From contig OZ176051.1 of NCBI GenBank assembly GCA_964247055.1, positions 9,734,001-9,798,000 on the forward strand: DNA of 64,000 nt, given 5' to 3'. Every line of letters begins with the position of its first letter. The stretch's first letter is position 1. A model generated the notes under the pieces. That model ran no database searches. It was not told the DNA's origin and worked only from the letters and a program-made list of their open reading frames with translations. The stretch comes from Paragordius varius. Its lineage: Eukaryota > Animalia > Nematomorpha. Below, one piece after another: positions 33,201-44,134 of the stretch. The position numbers and the translations under genes were made by a program.

Positions 33201-36200
33201 ATTTTAATTTTGGTTTTACCATTTTAGGAAATGTGCTAAGGGTGATTTCTCCATATCATAAAATAGCAAAATGGCGCTTTATGATAAGTTTTTTTACATG
33301 CTAAATTCTTAATCGACCTGGGTTGTAAAAACCTTACATATTTATTAAAAGTAGTGCTATGAGATTTTATATATAAGGTAGATTATGTTAAATGTTTCAT
33401 AGATTGTTTTAAGAATCAAATTTTGACAAAATATTAAAAGCATGTTTTTGATGGGGTTTAGAAGTATGATGGAAACGGAAAATAATTTAAATGTTCCAGA
33501 ATAGCTCTTCTAAATAATAAACTTTTTATCACGATAGTTTAAAACAAAAGAGTTAAAATAGTACCAAAAATATCAATGAAATCATAATTCAGCAATAAAA
33601 CCTAAACTTTTAATTGCTACAAGTAATTTTTGCCAATCTAAAAATTGAATTATGCAACACTGTCTAACAATATTTTAGCGTGTACTTATACCGTTCCACT
33701 TTAATTACTATAAAGTATGCAACAAAATATAAAGTGCTGTTTTATGTTTTGTTACCTAATCTAATAACGCGCAATCTCGGCTCTTTTGCGTTAATTTAAA
33801 AAAATGGCTCCTTTTAATAAATCAAACAAAAAATATAATTTTGAAAATATACAAAATATAGTTATATATATTTATAAATATTAATAAGTATAAATTAAAG
33901 CATTTATACCAATTTTTTAATAGGCGTTAACGATTTGTTAAGAAACATATATACAAAAGTCAAATATTTTTTTAAAATATCGTATACCCCAATTTTATGA
34001 GTGTAGTGTATAATTTAAAAATCGGGATATTTTTAAACCTTATATAAAATGAATTATCATATTATATCATTTTGTTTTGTATTGTACATATCTATATTTA
34101 GCCATCGATGGATTGGAACAGGGTAGTTATTAGATATAAATATTAAATTCATTATTTATATATGTGTTTTACTTTAAAATTGTGTAGGTTTTCAATTTAA
34201 GTGTTATTTTATTTATAAAATTTCTTAAGTTGTGTGTAAATAACGGCCATTTATAATAATTTATTTTATCTGTTCAAATAATTTTGCTGAAAAAATTAAA
34301 AAGTTTAAAAAATACGTCAAAAGTTTAAAACAGCTGTAAAAGCGCTCCTTAAACCGTTTCCAAAACGGTCACAATATTAATAAATTTAATTGCTGAATAA
34401 ATCATGTTTAAAGTAGTATAAGTATCGGTTTTTTATATTTCCAAACCTATAAATCTACTTTTGAAGTTTTAAACATATTTTGTAATTATTTTACTCGCCA
34501 AATACAAATCTTCGAAAGCTTCTAGTATTTTTTTAAAAAAAATCGTTATTAATCACTAACTAAAATGATAAAACTTTATACATTAACTCTATTTAAATTT
34601 TTGTTTGAATCGAGTTTAAGTAAAAAAAATTATTTTTTCATGCAAAGATTTGCAACAAATGGCTAATGTCGATGATAATGAAGAAGGACCTACAGATTTA
34701 AACGGTGGACCATCCGAGGAAAAACCGGGTTTAGTAATAATTTAAATGTTTCCAGATAACAATCAAAACAAGCAGGAAGAAAAAGATGATAGAGGTAGGT
34801 TATATTGTTATGTTAAACATTATAAATATAAACAGTTTAGAGCAAGGGTGTCCAACACGCAGTCTGCAGGCCTTATGCGGCTTCTTTCGGCCCGCGAAAA
34901 TTTTTTAAAAATAATAGAAAAATTTGTAAATATAAAATTACTATTTAATTTTAAGTATAATTGATATATAATCTAACATATTTAATGACAATGAGACATC
35001 AAAAGTGGTTGAAAAAATAGTAGTTTATATTGTGTTCGTAAATTTTTTGCATTCTTATGTATGAAATCCAAGTAATAATGCCCATTTTTAAATACGACCG
35101 ATCAGATATTTTTCTATAATCAGCCTGCAAAGCAATTTTTGTTGGATATCCATGGTTTAGATCTTTTTTAATTAAGGGTTAAGATTTAAATTGTATGAGG
35201 AGTTGTGAATGCCTTTACACTCGCCTGCTCATCGCTGACTCTGATGAGGAAAATTGCGTAGATTCGGCGTTAGAATTCTGCCACTTCACTGCCGAAAAAG
35301 TCCGGTTTTCTTTATTATATCAAAACAATTCACGTTATTATTTGTAACTTGATACTCTTTATTGGGTGGTGCCTATTTTAAACCAGCTAACTCTTATTTG
35401 AAGTTATAATTGTTAGTTAAACTAATAAGTGACATCTCTTAATATACAGTAAAAATTAAACATAAGACAAATGCTGTATTTAAAAAACCGGTATTTTTAT
35501 TTTTTTTAATACAAAAGTGTTTTTGACCTCAAGGATTTTATAGAGATATTGGTAAACACACAATAATATATTTTACAATATATATACATTTATATATATA
35601 TATATATATATATATTAATCACGTTCCTCACTAATCTTATTGTTATATTAATCTTCTATAGTAAAGATATCGGAAAATCAACCAAATGAAAATGTTCCCA
35701 AAGAAGAGGGTATCATAATCATTTATAACAAAATATCTAAATTGTTAAATTATAAAATTTGATCGACATCTTTAGAACCCAAACAAGGATCATCAAATGA
35801 GAGTAAGGAAAAATTTATTTTATTGGTTTGAGGATAAAATTTAGACATTTATAGTACATATCCGCTCAACTAAAAAATATAGCTATATTTTTTTTATTTT
35901 CTAGGAAATTTTATTTATTAATCCTATTATATTTATATATTATATAATTTAATAACTTATAACAATTTGAACTCAGGGTAGACACCCTATGGATTACATA
36001 ATATAATATCGAACTAAAAAATATTACCCAAACAGCTGAAATAGCAAAAAGAATCCTAATAAATGTATATGTCTTAAAATATTCTGTATAAAAGCAATTA
36101 TAGCCTGGACATTATAATTAAAACTAATGGCGTTCCCTGCAGAATAAAATTTGACCTTAACTCTTGTAAAGGACTTCATCTTATAATACTTACGAAACCA

Positions 36201-39200
36201 TATATAAAAAGTGGCTTCAACGGAAAATATCTCATATTATAAGACCACATGGATTAAATTATGGTTTAGGTCTACCCCTTAATAAGTAAAAAGTTTTAGT
36301 TTACCACCTTAACTCTTAGAAAAGGATTCGTCACCATTAGAAATGATTTTTTTAAAGCTAGATCAGCTATAATACAATAAGGATACCTAAGTCAGATGTT
36401 TCCTATAGAAACAACTGTTTCTGTTTTATTAATTATGAATTAAAAAATAGCATTAATTATAGCTTTGATTTAAATAAACATGGTATTTTCCAAAAATTTT
36501 GAATATAAAATGGCGTAATAGTTTGATGTAAAACTTTTGATTACAACAAAATTTAATATAGATATTTCGGCTCATCTATATAATTTTTATTAGTAGCATG
36601 AATTTAAATTTTCGTTCAGTAGTATTAAAGTTTTAACTTAAAAGGGGTATTTACCCCTATTAATCGAAATGTTAAGTTTCTTTTAAATATATATAAATGA
36701 TTTATAGCGCAGTTATTTTTATGTTTTAAGCATAGAAATTATACTTATAAATTTTTATTATAGGGAATGAGCCACGAATTGAAAATAGTCCCGAAGATAC
36801 AAATGACAAAAAAGGTAAATTAGTAAAACAATAAATGAATTAATATTTTTTTGGATAGCAAAATTATAATTAAATTTTAATCTTTATATGATTTGTATTT
36901 CATTAGCGCAAACTAAACCCTTTAACTAGAGTAGCCCCATTTTTCTATATTTTTCTTAAAAACTTCACAAGTGGTAATGTTTAACCATTAACCATCTCAA
37001 TCTCTAAATAGGTATAATTTAGTTAGGATTTATGAGGTTTATATCCCTAAATTTAAAAAACCTCATTCTTTGAGAGCAATGCCAAAAAAAATATTTCTAT
37101 TTTTCTTAAAAAATATTGAATAACTCTGAAAACGATTTTTTTGTCCATTTTTCACTTAAATTGCATAGAAGATAATATAATTGAATTTTTCATTTTTTTT
37201 AGTCACATTAAAATTGCCGGTGACACTTTATTTTTTCTTCATAATTTCGATTAAATATACTCGTTACAATGTAAAATTTCTGAATGTGTAACAGGCTTTT
37301 AAAATGTCCCATGTTTCAAGGCCAACAATATATAGAAGATTAGCATATGTAATTTACATATTTTGAAAAAAAATGTTTTAACTTTAAATATATATAATAA
37401 TATATATTATAACTAATTAATGAATTCTAGCTATTATATCTTAGTATGGGCCCAGTACACAAAATAGGGGTTTATTAAATAGTAAAAAAAATATATATTT
37501 TAGATACTAACATGTATCTGAATTTGTTTTTGGGCTTTGCTTGGTCAAAATTATCATTTTGTGGAACTACTTTCTCTTTGTCATAAAATAGCAAATTGTG
37601 CATATTTTGCTAATTAATTCTTTTAATTAAAGCTAAATCATTTCAAAAATATCATTAAGTTAAATTAAATTTATACTTAAAAAAACAGTATTTATAATAA
37701 ATTTAAATTGTAAACAGAGGCAAGTCGCACATTTGCGTAGATTGGCTGAGTAATGCTAGTTTATGACATTAAAAAATAGTTAAAAAATTTTCTAAATTCC
37801 TTCTGAAGAGGGCTTCATCTTATTTAAGAAATATGGTGGAAACGGTAAATTAATAAAATTTGCAATACTTTTACAATATATTTCGATGATGCTGAACATT
37901 TGTAACACCTCAAAATTTTGATCAAAATATTTTGCTTATTTAATAACAAATTAAATAAATGTGTTCCAAAAATTTTAACTTTAAAAAAGATAAACCTTAA
38001 AAATATGAGGTCATAAAAATTTTAATTAAATAATAAAAGCATTCAAATACCTTATCCATCAAATTTTTAATTTTTAATTTTTCGTAAAAAAAAATATTTT
38101 TTGATATTCAAACTAGCATATGATAAAAATTGTTCACCCACAATCTCAAATTAGGTTTTATAGTGAGTGGCCCAATTTAAGGGCATTTAAAAATTTGCGA
38201 CTTTCCGGAGTTCCGACTAACACTTAGAATTAATATCAGTTTTATAATTTATAATAAATAATGTTATTGGAATTAAGCATTTGGCTTTTACTCAATTATA
38301 TTTTATGTATGTAATTTTGATTTTCAATATTGTGTAATTGCCGCAAAAGTGCAATTTTTTTGGATTACTCGTAAGGCTAAACCAAAATCACCATAAGATT
38401 CCTGATATATGTATCTATTAAAATATATGTAGCTCCTAATATATTTTTTTATAATGTGTTATAAATTAAGTCTAAAACTAGGCACCTAAATTGATCCATC
38501 TTCACTATTTTTCATAGCAAAGCAAATTTAAATATGAATTAATTTAATGTAAAAATTGAGAATTTTTATATGTTTATTAGGGCTTGGAAACAAAACCTTT
38601 ATTTTGATTAACAGTTTTTCCTATTCGATATAAAAAATTTGAGGTAACTGGACAAAACTATTCCTTTAATCTGTTTTATTAACATGTATGATGTATACAT
38701 TATATAGTGGAATTACCCAAATCACCAAGGATCCCTAGAGCCAGGCAGATTAACCCACAAATACCTAGGGTATTAAATAACGCACTCACAAACGCTATCT
38801 CAAGTATTTTTATTTTTAAAATAGCTTAATACCATATATATTCTATATAACTTATATACAATATACATATATTGTAATAGCACAACTGAGCGCTATAGGT
38901 AAACAAAATTAATTTATATTAAAAAAATACTATTATATTCATTTTGCTTTTTTAAGCTGGAAAAGGTACCATGGGTGCTCTTGTTATAGGTGGAGGTTAA
39001 ATTGCATAATAAATCATCTTAGGTATCTTATTGACAGCAATCGGAGGTATTATTAATTAAAATTTTAGGTGCGATTGGGACCGTTTTGGGTGCAACAAAA
39101 TCAACTTTTTTACGTAAGGCATCTTTATTTATCTATATTTTATATACTGCACATTGCGTTTTAAATAAAAAGCTTAATTCTTGGATAGGTAGGGTGATGG

Positions 39201-39229
39201 GTTTCAGCATTCGAAAAGAGAAATGGTAA
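24927..39229 (+). CDS. Orphan micro-exon gene: signal peptide, FN3-like/beta-rich ectodomain, RIKR site, acidic microexon stalk, Gly-rich hydrophobic helix, basic tail
   Basis: Exons, all joined in phase 1: 24927-24969, 25085-25270, 25868-25987, 26060-26116, 26166-26252, 26621-26773, 26867-26878, 27007-27033, 27118-27123, 27208-27240, 30029-30049, 30139-30159, 32313-32339, 32366-32389, 34102-34122, 34648-34728, 34756-34794, 35662-35709, 35776-35802, 36764-36814, 38957-38995, 39023-39046, 39069-39113, 39189-39229. Weaker candidates: 27994-28128, 29751-29792, 32582-32641. Starts MIFFILIPLIPFVG; ends GALVIGGGILLTAIGGAIGTVLGATKSTFLRRVMGFSIRKEKW*. Confidence 0.75.
25281..25472. mobile_element. Short MITE of the 1204-1565 family, in an intron of the micro-exon gene
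   Basis: TTCAAATTCACCCTCAATTCAAACTCACCCTAAAATAAATTATG ... GGGTGAATTCGAA; starts about 10 nt after the donor at 25271. Confidence 0.7.
26312..26606. mobile_element. MITE of the 1204-1565 family
   Basis: TATACCATTTAC ... AAATGGTATA; internal sequence TAAATTATGTGTTTTCGAACT shared with the 1204 copy. Confidence 0.8.
28278..28599. mobile_element. MITE of the 1204-1565 family
   Basis: TATATACCATTTAC ... TAAATGGTATATA. Confidence 0.8.
28799..29030. mobile_element. MITE of the 1204-1565 family
   Basis: TATACCATTTACAATTCAAATT ... GGGTGAATTTGAAGTGTAAATGG. Confidence 0.8.
29279..29539. mobile_element. hAT (Buster-like) MITE
   Basis: CAGGGGTGTCGAACAC ... GTGTTGACGCCCCTG; both flanks have a central TA but are not identical. 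Confidence 0.7.
30994..31161. mobile_element. Palindromic Tc1/mariner-type MITE (TA flanks)
   Basis: TA|CAGTATG ... CATATTG|TA; second copy at 43138-43327. Confidence 0.75.
31925..32199. mobile_element. Tc1/mariner-type MITE (TA flanks)
   Basis: TA|CAGTAAAAATTAAAATACGGGCAAAACG ... CGTTTTGTCCGTATAATTGTTTTTACTG|TA; related ends near 25499 and 35448. Confidence 0.75.
34843..35154. mobile_element. hAT (Buster-like) MITE
   Basis: CAAGGGTGTCCAAC ... GTTGGATATCCATG; 8-bp flanks GTTTAGAG/GTTTAGAT. Confidence 0.8.
36480..36671. repeat. Degenerate half of the TTAA-type MITE
   Basis: Resembles 23380-23589 (AAAATGGCG..., GGGGTATTTACCCC, AATCGAAATG|TTAA). Confidence 0.55.
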
Positions 39230-39309
39230 AAGCCATATACGAGTAGCGAATGCCTTTAACACATAATCAACAAAAATTTTTTTTATTATTTTTAACATAG
39301 GTAAACTAA

Positions 39310-41385
39310 TACTGTGCGCAAAAAAGGGGGGTAAAAAATAAACAAACATGATTTTTATCTAGAATAATAAGAAATTCCTTGGAAAAGGAGGACCCCAAAA
39401 ATTTTGGGGCAAAAATGCGCCCCAAAATAAAAATATTCCATTTTTTCGTTTTTGACTAGTAGATTTTTGTCCATATTTTTAAAATTTATTGAGCAAACAT
39501 AATAAAACTTTTATATATTATATAAAACCAATATATTCTTAAAAATACATAAAATTATTTTAAAGTATCAATAATTTTTTTTATTCCACAAAAATAGAAA
39601 TTCGTAAATTTTATGACATTGTCAAAATATATTATAAAAAAATATTTGTAAGAAATCCATATTGTTATTATTATTTAAGTTTATGACTTATATATAACAT
39701 ACCAAAGAGTTTGTATATATAATAAAGAGTATGTATCCTTTTAAGTACTTAAAAAATTTGTATTTTTTGAAAAATTTTAGCGATTTTTGTTGCATTTTCC
39801 TCATCTGCTTCTCACTGTTTCATAAATACAGTATCAGTAATCCGCAATTTTCAAATGCGAATACTTAAAAATCCAATAAAACTTCCAGATTATGAAATTC
39901 CCTTTACTTTGGATAAAAGTATATATATATATATATATATTATATAACATAGTTAATAAATTCAATTGCAAATTGAATAAAGACCTTTTTTGCTATATAT
40001 ATGGAAGGTATCATCGCCCTACAAATTTGATTTAAATAACTGAACAAATAATTACCTATTACAACATGTATTTTGCTAAGAAATCAGTTCATTACAAGGA
40101 AATATGAGCCCACAGCAAGGTAATTATACTAATTCCGGTGGAGGGCTACAGACCAAGATGGAGAACGGTTCCATCAAACTCTCAAACATATAGAAAAAAA
40201 CTATACTAGTTCCAATAGTTGGTGAATACTATTGGAATCACTTTATGTCTGACTAATATATTCATTAAGTATAAATAAATTTAAATTCTTATATGAATTT
40301 TAAGTGTTGTTGTTGGGTTAGACTTGAAGAGATGTTGCAGGAGCAATTTTTGCAAATGAAGTTTGTATTTGACAATATCTTGATAAGACAGGAACATTTA
40401 TATTTTAAAATTTTGTAGAAACCTAATTAAATATTCTTATTGCAAAATAATGCTAAAAATTCTATCGAATAAAAATATATCCATTTATTATAAGTTTTTC
40501 AATATAAATAATTGTAATAATTGTTAGATTTATAATTTGGCAATAGAGTTTCTGGAAGTAGATTATTTACAAATGTCAGAATAATTTTGGTGCAAGGAAA
40601 ATTCTATTTTGTAAAATTACATGAAGAAAATATACGTGAATACAAATAAAATTTTACTTAAAAAGCTAAATATAGTGTATATAGCAAAAAAAGCTATTTA
40701 TATTTCCGATGCTGCTTTCTGTATATCAAGTTTAATTAATTTTATTATCTATAGATTAAATAGTATATAAACATTTATCCAAAGTAATGTAATGAGAATT
40801 TCATAATCTTGAAATTTTATTGGTTTTTTCAGTATTCTTGAAAATTGAGGATTACTGATACTGATACTGTATTTATGAAACAGTGAGAAGCATGTGAGGA
40901 AAATGTAACAAAAATCCCGAAAATTTTTCAAAAAATACAAATTTTTTGAGGGACTTAAAAAGATACATAGCCTTTATTATATATACCAACTCTTTGGCAT
41001 GTTATATATAAGTCATAAACTTAAATAATAAAAACAATATGGAGTTCTTACAAATAATTTTTTTATAATATATTTCGACAATGTCATAAAATTTACGAAT
41101 TTCTATGTCTGTGGAATAAAAAAAATTATTGATACTTTAAAATAATTTTATTTATTTTTCTTAAGAATTAATTAGGTTTCATATTATATATAAAAGTTTT
41201 ATCATGTTTGCTGAATAAGTTTTAAAAATATGGACAAAAGTCTATTTCTAGTCAAAATGAAAAAATGGAATATTTCCATTTTGGGGCGCATTTTTGCCCC
41301 AAAATTTTTGGGGTCTTCTTTTCCAAGGGATTTCTTATTATTCTAGATAAAAATCATGTTTGTTTATTTTTTTGTGCGCACTGTG
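39310..41385. mobile_element. Long-TIR (~610 bp) DNA transposon derivative, probably Chapaev3/CMC type
   Basis: 39310-~39925 is an inverted copy of ~40765-41385. Ends (T)ACTGTGCGCA ... TGCGCACTGTG with TAA on both sides. Core remnant GNMS..., DQDGERFHQTLKHIEKNY (40151-40204), then EYYW. Confidence 0.7.
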
Positions 41386-42400
41386 TAATAATACATTTGT
41401 AAATAATAGTCGTGTTTTGTATAAATCAAATATTAAATTTTTTTAACACAAAATGTTTTATTGCCTAATCATGTATAATAAACCAAAGAGATCCAATTTT
41501 ACTGATAAATTTTGTCTTATTTGTCTATTTATAGATTTATAAAACAAAAAATATATTATAAAAGCAAAAAATCAAAATCTTCCATTTTAAAATTTTAATA
41601 GCCGTTTTGAAATTAACTTTTTATATTATATCTTTTGGCATTTATTTCTATATATGGTTTTCGACCCCAAATCCAAATTCCAAAAGCTTATCTATTTGAC
41701 CAATTTGCAAAAAACCGTGTTATAGTAAGACCAACCGTAGAAAATTTAAAATTTTCCGACTAGCACCAAAAAAAATTAAGGATAGATTTGTATAAATGTT
41801 ATATAGTTAGGCATCTAAATTCACAAAATTTTTGTATAAAATGATAAGCTCTAATTTTGCAATATATGAAAGGAATAACTCGTAAGGCCTAAATCAAAAG
41901 CATACTAGAAATGCCATATATTTATACATCATATTGTATATTTTACTGAATAACTTCTTCCTCTGATTTCATACACTGCAAAATCTGACAAAAACAGTGT
42001 ACAGTCGTGCGGTCTATTCTCTATACCTGGCATATCCAACACAATTAGCTTCGCCGACCGCATTTATCTACATCATATGGGCGTTTATAAATATTTCATT
42101 GGATTTTAAACGTAAAACAGTAAAATGCAAATACGATAAAAAATGTTAATGTGTTGCAAATAGATGGTTCTTCTATCCTAAAATTTGTTTAACAAATATT
42201 TATAGGCCTGTTGACCGCGCATTGGATATATCAACTCTATACTATTATCTCTTACTTAATTTACTATTTTATAAAATAGCATCCAAAAGCAATGAGCTCA
42301 GTTTAGTTGCCATGAATGGTAGTTAATTTTTACTATATATATGTAAAAATTACGATATACGGTCATTACAGTAAAATACTAAATATATCTTGTTACATAG

Positions 42401-44092
42401 GTGTCCCTGGAGAAAAAAGTTTGACATTGTTTTACATTGATAGCTACAAACTTTGTACTCAAAATTCCGGCAAACGCTTCATTAGACCCAGAAAGTATGA
42501 AAATTTTTAAAATCTTTTTAGCACCAATAAAAAGGTTTGACAAGGAATCGAATAAGATATTTTATGATGAGATCTATCACGTGGCATCCTATTTAATTAA
42601 TCAAACTGAGGACTGTCTTTACATCAATATTAATATCCCAAACACAGGTATAATGATTTTAATTAACTTACATCTGCACCTATAACATGTTTAAATGACT
42701 TATGAAACGATTTTTATTTTGAGTTTTTCTCCTAGATCCCCCCAATTTTAGTTAAAATTAAATTATTATTATTTACTATACAGTATGTGACTTGATATTG
42801 ATATTAACTGACTGGCCATTAATAGGTCCACAATATATTCCTATTTTAGTGGACTGTGATAAATCAATATTAATTATTTTATAGTTGTGAACAAAGGTAA
42901 TTGCTTTGATCGCAAAGTACCAAACTATTGTACTCAAAAAATTGATGTGTGGCTCAATGATTCAATAAATCTTATCGTTGATTACGAGTTGCCCGAAAAA
43001 TTTTATAATTATTGTTCGGCGGTTGTAGATCTGTTTGGTATTCAAAGAAAGTTTGGTTCAATAAATTCCATACCGGTAAAATATTATAATAATGCAATAT
43101 TTATTAATTAATTAATTAATATGAAGAATAAGATATACAGTAGTAGGCATTTTAATAGTTGCTTATTTCACACTATAGTTGGGAAATTTGCAACACAATC
43201 GTGTATGGTAAAAAGAAATAAATGTAAATTGTTCATACCACATTTTGTCGTTTTTTCCATACACTACTGTGTTGCAAAATGCTTAACTATAACAGTGTAA
43301 AATAAGCAGCCATTAAAATGCATACTGTATTTGTTTAGGAGGCCCGATTGTTTGTGGAACATTTACAGCCAAGCTCATACTTGTTGCAAGTGGTTAATCG
43401 TCTTAGAGATTTGTTTTGCCAAATATATGCGGAATTTATCTGTAATTAGTTATTTACTTATATATTATGCCCCTTTCAGTCGTATTTTCACACTTAAACT
43501 AATATAAATGTAATCATAACCCAATAAAATACTTGACGTATATACGAAACACAAACCTTTGTCGTTATCACCTAATCTATTTTATATGTATGATAAAATT
43601 AATTTTGCTTATAACATGTTCAATAATCAAACAGTGCATTTTTTCCACCGTTTTTAAATTCAAATTTTTTAAAGAATACATGGAATTAGAGATGTAATCC
43701 CCTTTTAACCAATTATACTGAAATGGCTGATAACAAAACATAAATGATTATCATAATATATGATTAGAGAGTTAAAAGCAACAGGACAATGAATATCAAA
43801 ATAATAAATGTGGTTAAAAAAGAAAAAAATATTTTGGTTTATAAGTTATTAAGTAAAATCAAATATCGCATTTTTTTCGCGCATGGTATTGAATAAAATT
43901 TAGTATGATAGATAAAAATGCGTCAACCAAATTTATTTTCATATAATCAAACAATTTTACAAAAATTATCAACAAAGGGTCCTCGAAGAATTTACAAGGT
44001 TCTAACCAAAAAATTGTACTTTGGCGTCAAACTTAAATTATAAAAACTAGTTTTATGCGGTATTGATTTTTATTTTAACTATCTTGGATTTA

Positions 44093-44134
<42 letters not shown>

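Noticed and set aside
24927-39229. Domesticated viral envelope or fusogen (signal, furin site, TM)
   Set aside because: The residues after RIKR are acidic, not a hydrophobic fusion peptide; there is no heptad repeat, and the gene is intron-rich.
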